In this document: one piece after another, positions 13,689 through 26,898 of the stretch | Layout of the letters: every line of letters starts with the position of its first letter | Position numbering within the stretch: the first letter of the stretch is position 1 | NCBI GenBank assembly: GCA_964276515.1 | Contig: OZ193909.1 | Span: 20,274,001 to 20,338,000, forward strand | DNA: 64,000 nt | From: Gordius albopunctatus | Lineage: Eukaryota | Reading direction: 5' to 3' | Notes under the pieces: generated by a model | Told to the model about the DNA's origin: nothing | What the model saw: only the letters and a program-made list of their open reading frames with translations | Databases searched by the model: none | Program-made: the position numbers and the translations under genes

Positions 13689-13900
13689 GAATGGGGATCA
13701 AATGAATTCTATTTTTCACACAGAAATTTTTTATTTTCGAAAATGGGGATCAAATGAATTCTATTTTACACACTTCTTTATTTCACCCAAATACGATACA
13801 GAATTATCCGCGATAATATTATACAGCTCGAGACAGAATGTCACTCAAATACGATACAGAATTATCCGCAATAATATTATACAGCTCGAGACAGATATAT
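13689..13900. repeat. Two short tandem duplications
   Basis: AATGGGGATCAAATGAATTCTATTTT occurs twice. AAATACGATACAGAATTATCCGC.ATAATATTATACAGCTCGAGACAGA occurs twice (about 58-bp period). Confidence 0.85.
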
Positions 13901-14549
13901 ATACGGTGTGGCGGGGGAGGGAATAGGGAGACGACAAATTATAATGATCAGTCCGGACAACTACAAGGTACGGGGGTATATTTCTAAACAGGGATACGGT
14001 CTCGGAGAAATTTGGGAATTTATTATCGTGAGAGTTGGAAGAAAATCCAGATTCTGGTGTGTATCGATTTTCCCTTGGTTTTTATACACCTTTCGTTTTT
14101 GGCTCTGTTTTTATCCTTGAAACTTCTTTGCCTTTTTGACCTATTTTTCCGTGCCAACTTTTTATGTATGGCCCTTCGCTTCCAAGGATTTTGGAATCTT
14201 CTGCTGACAGTTCTAGTTCTCCGCTACGTTTCTCGGCCAATTCATTATTTATAGCCTGTCAAATCCCAAGGTTTTGCTGTATCCTTGCTTTATTTCCATA
14301 CCAACTCTTTATTTATTGCCTGCGAGATTCCAGATTAAAACTCCGATAACCTTCTTCCGTCCTTATCCCGGAGCCAATTATCGATCTAGGGGCCACGGTT
14401 TCCTCATATGCCGTGTGCATTCCTAATAAGGATCGGTTTCCTCATTTGGGTCGTTCCATGTTATACCTAAGTATACATGACACGGACCTTATAGTCAGTG
14501 TAGAGAATAGAAAGATAAACAAATATTCTTCCCTCTTGAACACAATATT

Positions 14550-14732
14550 CATTCACATAGTGGCATCCACAATCGGAAATTTAGGTACTGAAGCTCTCGC
14601 TCTCTTGAAATAAATTGGAAAAGCGATCTAACGTCTCATTAGATTTGAAAGAGTACTTTTTTATCAGGCAAAAGATCACAATGGAGATCGTTGAATCCAA
14701 CACGATTTCCATACATGGATCAATGCCATCAG
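14550..14732 (+). mobile_element. CRE family-1 3'-terminal fragment
   Basis: Matches 11840-12010 (GAGTACTTTTTTATCAGGCAAA...ATGGA.ATCGTT.AATCCAACACGATTTCCATACA). Confidence 0.75.
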
Positions 14733-14980
14733 TGTAGTTATTGCGCGTTTTTATAATTTTTTAGTCGTGAATGTAATTTTTTCCATATATCGAATTAAAT
14801 AAATTGAGTAATTACTTATTTTAATTATTTAATTTTTAAGGAAGGAATCGAGATTTGGGTTCTTAGTATATACTTACCTTTATAAATTGTTTTATTCTTA
14901 ATTGCCACCATTTTGTAACATATTTCTTTTGTGTGCGATGTAGCGTGACTGATATTGGTAGTATTTGTATCTAGCTACTT

Positions 14981-15244
14981 CTATTTTTTAAATTTGATAA
15001 AAAACAACAACATAAATTGTAACCTTACTTTGAAATTTGAATCGACCGACCATATAATTAAAAGCCATTTTGGCTGAGGGACATTTCTAAACTCTGGGTA
15101 TTGAATTCGCCTAGATGATTTTCGGCAATTATATGGAGAGCTTTTGTTATTAGTATAACCGTTTTTATTCAAGGAATTTTGATCAAAAGTAGTTAAAGGC
15201 GATACAAAAATAAATTGTAATATACAAATTATATTAAAAAACAT
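14981..15244 (-). CDS. Possible small secreted protein (first exon)
   Basis: Hydrophobic N-terminus MFFNIICILQFIFVSPLTT, with a GTAAGG donor after ...SNFK and another GTAAGT donor near 14876. No homology recognised. Confidence 0.3.
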   Translation of the reverse strand: MFFNIICILQFIFVSPLTTFDQNSLNKNGYTNNKSSPYNCRKSSRRIQYPEFRNVPQPKWLLIIWSVDSNFKVRLQFMLLFFIKFKK

Positions 15245-15380
15245 TATCTAATAAATTATACAATAATAAAAAAATAAAATGCTACAGAAATTTAAATATA
15301 CGCTATAAAGGTAGAGCATTATGATTAATTGAAAAGGGGGTTTTCTCAGGTCTTAATTGAGGCTAGGTTTGAGTTGTCCT

Positions 15381-17775
15381 TAGAGACCTGCACGGGCGGC
15401 CCGAGGCCGGCTCGGAAAAGCCCGGGAATTCATAAATATTAGGCCCGGCCCGGAATAATTTTGAGGTAGTAGCCTAAGTGGTCTTTGATTCTGTTTAAAA
15501 AATATATTTCAAAAAATTAATTAGTTACAAGTTATTGCATCTGTTAAACATTCATTCATTTATTTCGCGCTTTTTTCAATATAATACAAACAATTGAGTA
15601 TGGAACAAAGAAGAAAACTACTGCAAATAGCTGAATATATCCAGAAAGATTTTTATAAGGTAGGAGAAAATCTTGGGGGGAAGAGTCCAGTATGGAAAAG
15701 ATTCCTTTTTGTCTATGAAAATATAGATATGAAGATAGATTATGTTTTCTGCAAAGCTTGCAAGAATGTATTATCTTATAATTCTTGCCAATCAGGTATT
15801 TAGTAATGTTAGTTTTGATAATGCTTAATAGGGAACACTCATTTCCAAAGGCATAAATGCTCTGAAGAAGTCCAGGAAAATAAAAATATGGAAAAATTGG
15901 ACAATTACTTATGCAAGCCATCCTCAACAAAACTTAAAAACCCTGCAATAATTAAAAAAGATCTGATATCCTCAATAGCCCATTTTTGTGGAAGGGATAT
16001 GAGATCTTTCAATACAATTAATGGTGATGGGTTTATACAATTAGCCCAGAATTTAATTAGATTGGGCTCTATACATGGTAATATTGATGCTAAGGATATT
16101 ATGCCATGTACAACAACTATATCCAGACATATGGTTCAAAAATAAGATATATCCCACCATTTTCAAAGCCCTTTCTGAAGGACACTGCTCAGGTATAAAA
16201 TTATAAATCAAACTATATAATGTATTAATAAGGCACAACAGATATGTGCCATGGTGGTTATAAAAAAACAACTATATTACATTGACGTTACACTATGTGA
16301 TTGGTTATAAACTTTACAAAATTTTATTGTTTATTAAGTTTGAAGAAGACAGGAAAACTGGGGAAAATATAAAAGAAATACTAAACAAATTTCTTTCTTT
16401 AGGTATTATATTATGTTTAGGTTTTATAAAATGGTTTTAAGGTTACACCCATAAACAGTTCTTAGATATGGTCATAGTTACTGATCAAGGCAGTAACATG
16501 ATCAGTGCCTTTCAATGTCAAAAAAGGATAAATTGCTCAGCTCACGTCCTCAACACGATTTCACCGAACATATTTAAAAATGAGTATCTAGAGCAGAATC
16601 ATCCAATTATCTATGAGACTATGAGTCAGTTCCAAAGCCTTATTGTAGATATGAAACGGACAGGGTAAAAAACTTAGAATTCAAATTTATATTTATTAGG
16701 TTGGTAAATAAACTGACTCAAGGCCTACATTTATGTGTGGAAACAAGATGGAATAGCCGTCTTCTTCAAATGTTTGAAATTTTTCTTAATTTTTACAGTG
16801 AATTGAAAAGTCTTCTTGAAGGGTCGACACTTCTTGTTAAATTTAATGACATAAATAAATATATTGTGGAGGAGCTTGTAACCTTTTTAAGGTTTTCAAA
16901 ATTGCAAGTGACGATCTAGGGGCAGATCTGAGACCAACTTTGCATCTAGTTGGTTTGTATTATTTTAAATTGGAAAAATAGTTGGAGTCATACATCCAAA
17001 AAAATACAACGATGCAAATTTTAGCATCCCGTTGTCTAGAATATTTACACAGCAAGTTTACCCTTGATATAAATCATAAAATAGCCATATTTTTATGTCC
17101 ACAATTTCAAAGTTTGAAAATGTTGCCCCCATCAGATTTTAACATGATATGCCAAGTAGTTCAATCTCTAGTTTCTAGGGATGGGCGCCATTCATTACAA
17201 TCACAAGTAACTGGTGTTAGTGCCAACACTCATTCAGTTCAAGGTAATTAATTAATTCTTAAAATATAATATTTATAACTAGGTCGTGATGGTTCATCGT
17301 TTCAAGACTTTAGTACGAGGCATGAAACATCTTCTATGGCGGAAGATGTAGAGGAGAATGAAGTTGACAATTACATAAAGTTAAAGATCAATGAGAAAAA
17401 TATAGAATTATTGGAATGGTGGAAAGACCACAGTGGCCGATTTCCAGCGCTTAGCTGCCTTGCTTGTAAGATTTTTTCAACACCTGCTTCATCTGCCTCG
17501 AGTGAGAGGTGTTTTTCGTCCACTGGCCGCATTTTTGAAGAGCGGAGAACAAATTTAAACTCGGAGATTTTTGATGCTTGTATTTTTTACATCAAAATAG
17601 TTCCATTATCGATTTATAATTTAATTATGTGCGTTTTATTTTTTAATAAATAATTTTATCAAAATTGCGTTTGATTTAATTTTTAGCAATTATTAAAATT
17701 CCGGGCTCAGCCTGGGCCGGGCCTTATTTTAGAGATGCTAAAATTCGGGCCCGGGCCGGGCCTATTTCTTATTTT
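15381..17775 (+). mobile_element. hAT (hobo/Hermes-like) transposon with decayed, intron-containing transposase
   Basis: Left TIR TAGAGACCTGCA with GGCCCGG subterminal repeats. BED finger (SPVWKRF...CKAC), DMRSFNTINGDGF, VTDQGSNM, CSAHVLN, ETRWNS and the dimerisation motif WWK...FPALS.LA.KIFSTPASSASSERCFS. The right TIR is lost at a BEL/Pao fragment. Confidence 0.9.
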
Positions 17776-17781
17776 AAATTT

Positions 17782-18110
17782 CAGGGCAACCACTTTTATG
17801 GAGCTAACAAGGAATTACTACAGCTACAGTCTTTACTTAGTCCCAGCAACCACGAAAGAATAAAGTTGAAACTAGCAGAACAGGGCATTAATTGGCACTT
17901 TATTCCACCAAGAGCACCTCATTTTGGTGGTTTATGGGAAGCAGCCGTCAAATCTACCAAACATCATTTGAGAAGAGTATTGGGTCAAGCCCTATTAACT
18001 TATGAAGAAATCACCACACTTTTGATTCAAATCGAAGCCATCATTAATTCAAGACCTCTCACACAATTGTCAGAAGATCCAAATGATCTATCATGCTTAA
18101 CTCCCGCGAA
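17782..18110 (+). mobile_element. BEL/Pao LTR retrotransposon integrase fragment
   Basis: INWHFIPPRAPHFGGLWEAAVKSTKHHL...IEAIINSRPL...LTPA. Confidence 0.9.
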
Positions 18111-18720
18111 TGTCAATAAAACCTTAAAACTTGCGGTTAAAAATGCAGATAGAGCAAAGTAGCTAAATAAAATCGCCAAAATTTAGAACTTTGCTCTATC
18201 TGAAATTTAAAAAATCAATTTTTTTTATGAAATAAAAGAAAAAATCCAGATTTTTGGCTAAAATAATATGGATGCTAATAATTTACACTATCAAACTTAA
18301 TTTCAAGTCATATGAATAATAAGTTTAGATTTTATAGCATTTCAAACTTTGCACGCAATTATCTCAGATCGGAGTTTTGTGCAGATAGAGCCCTCCAATT
18401 CTCAGCTAGCGATATATGAATGGTATTGCACGAATATCATTGATAAGATGGTAATTGTTATATAAACATATAAAATTATATAAAAAGTACATATTTATAT
18501 ACTAAATATAATTATTTATCCATCGCGCGATACGTACAAAATGGTTTGAGCGAACCAAAATAATCGTCTGCGGTTTCACCATTTACAATTGTTATTTTCT
18601 TGATAAAATCGTTTATCATCCGTAAAAATATTGCAATGATTGCACGTCATTTTGTAGCTGTGCTGTTTTGTAGAATATTCTTCAATCGTTGGTCAAGTCT
18701 TTGGGTTATTGCTATATAAG

Positions 18721-19460
18721 TAGAGCTGTTAAAGGAACTAATAAGTTGCTTTTTAAAATGAGGAACTGGAACTAGTTCCTTTTTTCTCAATTTATCGCAA
18801 AAGGAACTATTTACAAGTTCCTTTTGCCAATTTCAATTTGCATTAAAAAACTTTAAATTAATTTATAATTTAAATATTATTTAGTATTTTATTCACGGTA
18901 GTGTTTGTTAAATAAATTTTTCGACTTATGGTAATTTATTTAAAATTCATTTCCTTTAATTGGTTTTTAATTTTTATCATATTCCTAGTAATAGTAAGTT
19001 TATAAATATTAAATATATAATCTTTTGATTTTAGATACGAGTAAAAGTGACATGAATTTAAGTCTTTTAGACAGTTTTCCCCATTTAAAAAAACTATTTA
19101 TTAAATATAATACGCCATTACCATCAATTGCCCCTGTGGAAAGATTATTTAGCTTGGGCAAAATTTTATTTGGAGACAAGCGAACATGTCTTTTAGATGA
19201 CAACTTTGAAAATAATATTTTGTTAAAATCAAATAAACATTTATTACCTGATGATTTTTATAAATTGTAATATATAATATATTGGTTTTATGAATTAATA
19301 AAAGATGTTTGTACTTTTAAAAAAAATTTAAAAAGGGAACTTTAAAAGGAACTGGAACTGGAACTAGTTCCTTTTTAAAATGAGGAACTAGGAACTGGAA
19401 CTAGTTCTATTTTAGGCAAAGGAACTGGAACTTGACAAGTTCCTTTTTAAAAAGAACTTA
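18721..19460 (+). mobile_element. hAT deletion derivative retaining the C-terminal dimerisation domain
   Basis: Starts TAGAGCTG and has GGAACT(G/A) subterminal repeat clusters at both ends. ORF 19025-19270 reads FPHLKKLFIKYNTPLPSIAPVERLFSLG. Confidence 0.8.
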
Positions 19461-19499
19461 AGTAATATTGTTATTTTTCAAAATTCTCTTTTGCTTTTA

Positions 19500-20310
19500 A
19501 TAAATGTAAACAGTATGGACGGACATTATGGGAAAAGTTAAAAACTTCATCACAACTTTTTTGAATATTACTTGACGACCGGTCATTTGTTAAAAATATT
19601 ATTAAATGGGTCTAAAGGATATCTTAGTATATTAAATGTTTAAAAAAACAATCTCCTCAATAAAATCCTGATGTGAAGATGATAAGTAAATTGCTTTATT
19701 TAATAAAGGGGTAAAATTATTGAAAAGAACACAATTTAGGTTTATAATAAATCTGAGTTAGTAAAGAATTTTGATTTGTAAAAACGCCGAAAAAAGTGAA
19801 CAATAGTTATTTTCCAGTTCATATGTAGACATAAATTAATTTACACCAATCGGATATAGGGCCAATTTGGCCATAATTCATAAAATTGAATTTAAAATTC
19901 TTTATATTATTTATATTGTTATTTTTTAAAATTCTTCTTATGCTTTTGATAAATGAAAAGCTTAAAACTTCATAGTGAATGTTAGGATGAAAAGAATTTA
20001 ATATATTTAAAAACTGATTATATAATCTATTTTTTGATTCCACAATGCCAAAATGTCATCAACATATCTACACCAAAGTGATGGAAGGGGGATGATTTTG
20101 ATAATTCATTTTCTAGATGTGATAAACAAATGTTTGCGAGCATGGGAGCACTAGGTATCCCCACAGCGCAGCCGTCAATTTAGTTATAATTCAAAAAATT
20201 GAATTTAAAATGATTTTTATTTATACAAAATATTAGTGTCTCTTTAAAAACATTTCAAGAAATGGTAATGTACCGTTTTCATTTAATTTACTCAGACAAA
20301 TATTAATTGT
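19500..20310 (-). mobile_element. Penelope-like element RT fragment
   Basis: Minus translation: FKFN...IDGCAVGIPSAPMLANI...WCRYVDDILALW (YVDD at 20055-20066), FLNILNSFHPNI, NKAIYLSSSH. Confidence 0.75.
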
Positions 20311-20399
20311 ATCTGATATGGAAATTTGACTTCACAGCGGATCATATAAACGTGAGTTGAAGTTTTAGTGTTGTTGCTGGACGTGTTATCATATGTGTA

Positions 20400-20930
20400 A
20401 GGTAATTAAAAGAAAATGGTACATTACCATTTCCTGAAAGTATTTTTAAAGAATTACTAATATTTTGTACACAGAAAAATAATTTTAAATTCAATTATAT
20501 AAATTATGAAAATCTATTTATCACACTTAGATAATCACAATCATCAAAACTCCACCCTTTTGGTGTAGATACGTCACTTTGGAACCAAAACTTAGATAAT
20601 GTTTTAGATCAGTTTTTAAATATATTAAATTCATTTCATCATAACATAAAATTTACATATGAAATTGAATCAAATCAATGTTTGCCTTTTTTGGACGTTA
20701 TAGTTAATGAAAATGCGATTTTTTTAGACTCGGGTATATTATAAACCTACGGTATCAAGTTTTATTTATATTCCCTTCACGTTGGCTTATAAATAGAGCG
20801 ATTCATTTATCCTCATCACATTCGGCATATATTATTGAAATAGTTTACATATACGAAACATTCTGTTTCCTAGGATATCCCAATCACCTATTTAATAATA
20901 TTGTAAAAAATGTATTTTGTCTGAAAATAA
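20400..20930 (+). mobile_element. Penelope-like element RT/thumb fragment (inverted partner of 19500-20310)
   Basis: FLNILNSFHHNIKFTYEIESNQCLPFLDVIV...TRVYYKPT...INRAIHLSSSH...LGYP. Confidence 0.75.
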
Positions 20931-21599
20931 TCACAATAATGATAAAACATTTATACATTTTCCATAAAAATTTCCTTAATAAATGCCTGATGAGAGGGAT
21001 ATGAGTGAAAAATATATAACAGAGATACTTCGAGTACCGACCCCTTTATCTCTGCCATCATGACATCCCTCCCAGCGTAAGGTATTGACTTTAAAATTCA
21101 ACAGCGCAAGACTCTTAAAGGGACTAAAATTAAAAAGTGATTCCTGATTCTAAAAAGAATACTGAATCTTACCAACAAAAACGTCCAAAAATGGCAAAAT
21201 ATTTCCGGTTTATATGTAAACTAAATGTTAGGATGAAAATAATTACAAATAAAGATTTTGATAGGAGTATAATGCTTTTGAAAATTCCTAGTTTATATGC
21301 AGGAACAGAAACGATTCGGAAAACAATTCTCAACGCAATATACAGAAGAAAGCTTTATACCGAAATCGTGATTTTTATAAAGGTTTTTCGGAACATTACT
21401 GAATGGCTGTATTAGGGTGGTCAGAAAGGCACTTTAAAAATCCTATACTGATTCGCTTAAAAAAATTGGAAATTCTTAAGAGAATGACACAGCTATACAG
21501 CCTTTGCACAAGCTCAAGCTCTGGTTGTTCATTTTTTCCAATCTTTGCACCCCTACTGTTTTCAACACGTTAATAGTTGACTTAGAAGATGACATTGTG

Positions 21600-23450
21600 C
21601 AACTAACTCATAGAAAGAGGTCACATTCCAAAAAGGTTTCCTTTTAACGTGCCTTTCTCACCAACGGAGATTACAGCCATCCTTAAATGTTCCCTATTAA
21701 TGATACTCTTTTCAAAAATAGAGCTTAGTAAAACCCAAGACTTAGCATTCCGTCCCCTAGCTACAATTATTAAAAGAATTGGCGCTGGAATCCCTTTGTC
21801 CAGCCCAAAATACGATAGATATATATTCAGATATGCATTAATGTAATTGTGAGATAAAGCGTGTCACCAAAGTATGGCCCCAATACCATCTTAAAGCTAT
21901 TTCTTTATAAAAACTCGAGGGAGGAAGCCCCATGCTGAGAGTCTTGATTGCAATGATCTACAATAAAGCATTTTTCTGGAAAAAGAATCACCATACTGGA
22001 TCATTAATGGATGGCTGAAGTATTTATAAGAGAAGCCTTTAATAAAAGTTAAACGGTGTGACGAAGGTATGCCTGTGATTTAATTGCTCAGGTAAAACAA
22101 AAGATCTTTACTTAAGACTGAATGATAGTAGTTCTAAGCCACCACTTCTCACAAATTCTACATTAACGACATTTGTTTTTAAAAGTTGCACATATCTGGT
22201 ATTTTAATGAGCTTTTATTTTCAATCCGATCATTTCCTTAGGATTATCTCCAAACCTTGCAGCAAAGACTTTACTTATAAACGTTTTCAGCCATCTATTA
22301 ATGATCCAAATCGATGATTCTCTCTCCAAAAGGAGACTTTAACGGAAATCATGACACTTCATTTTGCCTATAGCTAGAGTTGTAAAAAAATTCCTTGAGA
22401 TCGCATATAGGCCGATCCACAGATGTAGTTAACAAATATTTTTAGAAGATTATATAAAACAAATTCTATGGGAATTAAATAGCTGCTAGCTGAGGTGGAT
22501 ATATGAACGGAGATGAATTTTAATAGAAAAGGGTCATTGAATAAATGTTATAAACATATATTGTAGTAGCATTTTTAAAAAAGATTAAAAATCTTATTTA
22601 AAAAAAACACAAAAGATAATCATAGACTTGATGATAAAATTGAGGACAATAATATTTTGTAAAGCAAATAAATGTAATATTTTTGTATTTCTTTACAATT
22701 TCGGGAGAATTATGCTCTTGTATCTTTTTATAAATTCCATTATATATTTAATACTCTTCTAACATTTGTCGTTAAAAGTCACACGTTTGCAACGGAAATT
22801 CCTTTACGATTTTTACTCCTATAATTTGTTGTTGCTCCAAAAAAAGGTTTTATGAGAAGTTTATTGCCTTTGAAAACCACTAGTTTCATGCAGGGTCAAC
22901 AACAGAGAGGAAACAATACTCTCCGCCCTCTCTTTATTAATAAAATATTCAGATGAGATATGCCAAAGTCGTGACTTTTATCAAGGCTTTATTGGAAAGA
23001 AAACCATCATACCAAACGGGAAAGAATGACTGTAGTAGGTTGCTCAGGGACATTCCCAAGAGATTTCCCTTGAATGTGCATTCCTGATCAAGGGGTTACA
23101 ACCATCCATAAGTGTTTTATATTGATGGTCCTCCTTCCAAAAATAAGGCTTGGCAAATATCAAGACGTAGCATTTCTTTCTCTTGATACAATTATTAAGA
23201 GAAGGCGCGCTAAAATCCCATATTGTTTTTTACCAAATTCTCGTTAAACAATTGGCTTCCCAAGGTAAAATAGGCATTTATATAGATAAAAATTGGAAAT
23301 ATGGGTTTACACTCTTTGCCTTTATATAACTCGAGGCAGTGAACTCGAGGTCTAAGAGTTCTGTCTACAATAAGGTATTTTCTGGAAGGAAAACCACCAT
23401 ACTGGAAAATTAGTAGATGGGAGTAGTAGTTAGTCAGAAAAGCCTTTGGT
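21600..23450. mobile_element. Highly degenerate I-group-like LINE fragments, some inverted
   Basis: GKRITILDH...EVFIREAFNK resembles the I-group RT motif GRST.DHL...IREAF. The segment recurs inverted at 22230-22350 and direct at 23310-23450. Confidence 0.35.
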
Positions 23451-23519
23451 ACACGTTTAAATGTATATGAGTCTTGGTATTATTGATATTCTCGTTAAAG
23501 CACATGATTTGAATATACT

Positions 23520-23775
23520 AGATGTCAAAACGGTAAAATACCAGGCTCTCCTACCCTCTAATATCTTTACCCCTATCGTTGCCTCATGTTCTGGGACTTT
23601 TGGTCCTGCCGCCATCAAGCTTTTTAAAGATATCAGCCGTCGCTGCCTGCCCTCTAAATATTCCACAAGTTATATACTTAAATAAAAAATTGATATTTTA
23701 ATAGCAAAGTACAATTTTAATTCCTGGCAGACAGCTGGCCACTTTTATTAGATGATACATGCGACGCTTTCTAAT
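23520..23775 (+). mobile_element. CRE family-2 3'-terminal fragment
   Basis: KYQALLPSNIFTPIVASCSGTFG...KYNF...DSWPLL, matching the C-terminus of 58576-59412. Confidence 0.8.
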
Positions 23776-24299
23776 TATAATTTTTCTATGTTGTTTTATT
23801 CCCGCTCTTATATTTTTCGAATTTTAACACTTTGTTTTTTATAACGTTCTTACATTCAAATAAACAATATATACATTTTAAAAAAAAGATTACTTTAACG
23901 GTAAGTTGATAAATGCAGACAATAGTTAACTGACAAACTTGAAATGCAGTTATATGATTATTCATACAGAATAATGCTTCGAGAGCACGAAGAACCAAAA
24001 TGGAATCGGAACGTCTGCTCTACATTAGTTAGATTACGGGCAGTGATGGGTATCCTTTATAAAAAATAAGATCAACAGAGGATGGTGGTAGCGTGGCAAC
24101 CATTCAACAGAGGAACGCAATAGTCTAGGTAGGTAGCCCTTGGGTTTATGCCCCCCCCCCTTAAATGACAAAAAAAAAATTTCAATACAAAAACCCTTTA
24201 AAATTCAAAATATTTTATTTTGCCCCCAACCCATCCTAATTGAACTTAAAACGTTTTCGCCCCCCCCCCTTTGCAATAAGATTTTGCTTGCTGTTAATA

Positions 24300-25315
24300 A
24301 AGGTTAAGGAGAAGTCTTCTTCTTAGATGCTTGAGGAGGAACTGGAAAACTTTCCTACTGACATTGCTCTGACAACTATTCGTTCCCAAATTAATATAGT
24401 CGTGTTTCTAGCGTCTTCCGGAAGGGCTGTCACATAATTACCCGGTAGAAAAACTGCTCATTCAGCTTAAAAATCGCCTTTAAACGCTTATTATTGTGAA
24501 ACTCTAATGTGCAACATTTCCGGAACATATGGAATGGATATAGTATTACATAAGTGCAAACTTATTGTTTGGGATGAATTTACAATGACTTATGAAAAAC
24601 CGCTCTAAGTTCTAATCGGTAATCGCAAGATTTACAAAGAACCATGAAACCTATTGGTAACGCAAGGTTATTGCTTGCAGGAGATTTCCGGCAAACTTTA
24701 CCGGTTCTCTTACGATCCACCCTGCGGATGAAATTAATGCTTGCCTAAAATATTCTATTTTGTTGCCTTATGTCAAAACATTAAATCTAACTACTAATAT
24801 GTGTGTAGTATTTCAAAATCATCCTGCATGTGAGATATTCTCCCATTAAATTGGGAAGGGAACCGTGCACGTTGATATATGCTCAGAACGGATTTCTTTT
24901 CCTACCAACATTTGCAATTTTGTTCCATCTAAACTGCTTGGTTGATAAAGTGTTTCCAAATATTAACGCTCATTATCATGATCGACTTTGGCTCCGCCAA
25001 CGGGCTATTCTCGCCCCCAAGAACAATGACGCCCACGAGCTTAGCAATCTCATTCTGTCTAACATTCAAGGCAATCCAATTACTTACAAATCGGTTGACA
25101 CTGCTTTTGTTATTGATGACGCAAATTGTCCAATCGGATATTTCAATTCTGGTAGGGATGCCACTTCCCATTTTGCATTTGAAAATTGGGGTACCAAGTA
25201 TCGCGATGTGCAATTTTCATATAGGACCCCATTTTAGATAAGTCTTATTAATAGGTTATACTTATTTAACCACCTAAGGACTGAGCCAAAGCAACGCTTG
25301 GCCGGGCACAGCTAG
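24300..25315 (+). mobile_element. Helitron PIF1-helicase remnant with intact 3' terminus
   Basis: FFLDA.GGTGKTFL, LPGRKTAHS, CKLIVWDE, LLAGDFRQTLPV, LTTNM and RAILAPKN. 3' hairpin GCCAAAGCAACGCTTGGC followed by CTAG|T at 25312-25316. Confidence 0.85.
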
Positions 25316-25749
25316 TATTAAATAAAAGAATATTTGCTTTTAAATCTAATATTAAAGATTCTCTTCTCTTGATTAATAGTAGTACGAATCTAATTAATGC
25401 TTTCAAATGTGAAGCTACAAGAGATAGAGTCAATATTAAAATGGAGGAGGTTAAACAAAATGATGCCGCTAAAAGAAAAACACTTTGATTATTTTGATAA
25501 AAAATGTTTCATTATGAAAATGTATTAAATATATAATGGTAATAAATAAAAGGATACAAGAAAGAATAATAAATAAAAAGATTAAAAGGCATTTTTCGTT
25601 CCCTTGCCTTCTTTAAGAATGGGCATTGAATCCACCATGGAATTAAAAAAAATTAGATTTAGCAATGGCGATTGATTGTCTTAGTATAAAACTATTCAAA
25701 ATTGTCAAAGAATGAATTTATTTTAAAAAATGAAGCACTCTTTTAAGGA

Positions 25750-26150
25750 TTTACGATGCTCTGCTACCATCAACTTCTATCTGGGTAAAGCTGCTGACTA
25801 AAATGGTTCAAAGGAGTCGTGTTGATTGGTGCAAACTAAATTAAGAGATGATAAGAGTATAAGAGGTTTGGTAAAAAGTGGGGAGAATATCTCAAGCCTA
25901 CCTATCGGTTGAGAAATACAGGAGATGAAGCAAATTTACAAGATATTGGGATTGAAATTTTTTTGTAATTTCTGCGACTGTCAAGAAAAACGATCGAATG
26001 AAAGAGCAAATATAAGACAAAACGGAGTCATATCACTATTGAAAGGTGTTTTAAATATCGATATTTAGCTTGAATAATTATCAGGTTAGAAAAATGCTTA
26101 TAATTGATGTGATGATCATGAAATAGCAATACAAATATTCGGGCTTAACT
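25750..26150 (+). mobile_element. Possible degenerate Helitron Rep fragment
   Basis: Broken frames KMVQRSRVDWCKLN.EMIR and EMKQIY resemble the Helitron Rep motifs K.E..RL.....NQ..LR and M.Q.YQD. Confidence 0.3.
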
Positions 26151-26299
26151 TGAAACTTTCAAGATTAAACCAGGGATTAAAAATAAACACCATTTTCAAT
26201 TATTTATATCCTATGTATGTAACGCCATCTACAATTCAACTTTTTTAAATGAATATTTATATAATTTATATATGGATGAAAATACATATCATAAGATCA

Positions 26300-26505
26300 A
26301 TGATTATTTGGTCGCTACGTGTTCAGGCACCTTTGGCAAACAGGCCTTAGCTTTTTTTAAAAAGGTACTCCCTCGTCTAAACATTCGGTATCCTTTTTAC
26401 TGGAACAAAGACTTGGTATTCTTATAGCCAAATACAATTTTAAATCGTTCGCGGATTCTTGGTCAATTTAGGAAGATCCTCTGGATGATGCTATATCAGA
26501 ATAGT
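26300..26505 (+). mobile_element. CRE family-2 3'-terminal fragment
   Basis: VATCSGTFGKQALAFF...LGILIAKYNFKSFADSW. Confidence 0.8.
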
Positions 26506-26898
26506 TTTTCATTTTATTTGACGCATTTTTTTTATATTTCATGTATTTATATTATATTACTATCAACGGATTTTTAACGAATAAACTTTATAAAAAGACA
26601 ACAAAGATGTTTCAGGCCTGCCGTTTTTGGCAACAGTTTAGATACTTAAATACATAGGAAATATTAGAATTTCGGAGCTGAAAATATTTGTATTGAATGA
26701 TATTCATATTGTTTTCAACACTAGAAGTATGTAATTTAACGCCAAATCTGGTTTCAAACTATTTTTTGCTTAATATACAAGTGCACCTTCAACAGCTAAT
26801 ATGCAGAGGAGTTCTTTCAATAACGATTTCTTTATCCCTCTCTATAAGGGGGCCTCTTTTACCTTTTAATCAACCATTAAATACATCATGGAATTCCG

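Noticed and set aside
13905..14500. LTR-retrotransposon integrase tail or LTR on the minus strand
   Set aside because: Only a vague GYR-like motif and a TG/CA end are visible, which is not enough to assign it.
20984..21012. Hammerhead ribozyme core (CTGATGA...GAAA) downstream of the Penelope fragment
   Set aside because: No stem II pairing is possible, and the GAAA belongs to an adjacent CRE fragment (21005-21075).
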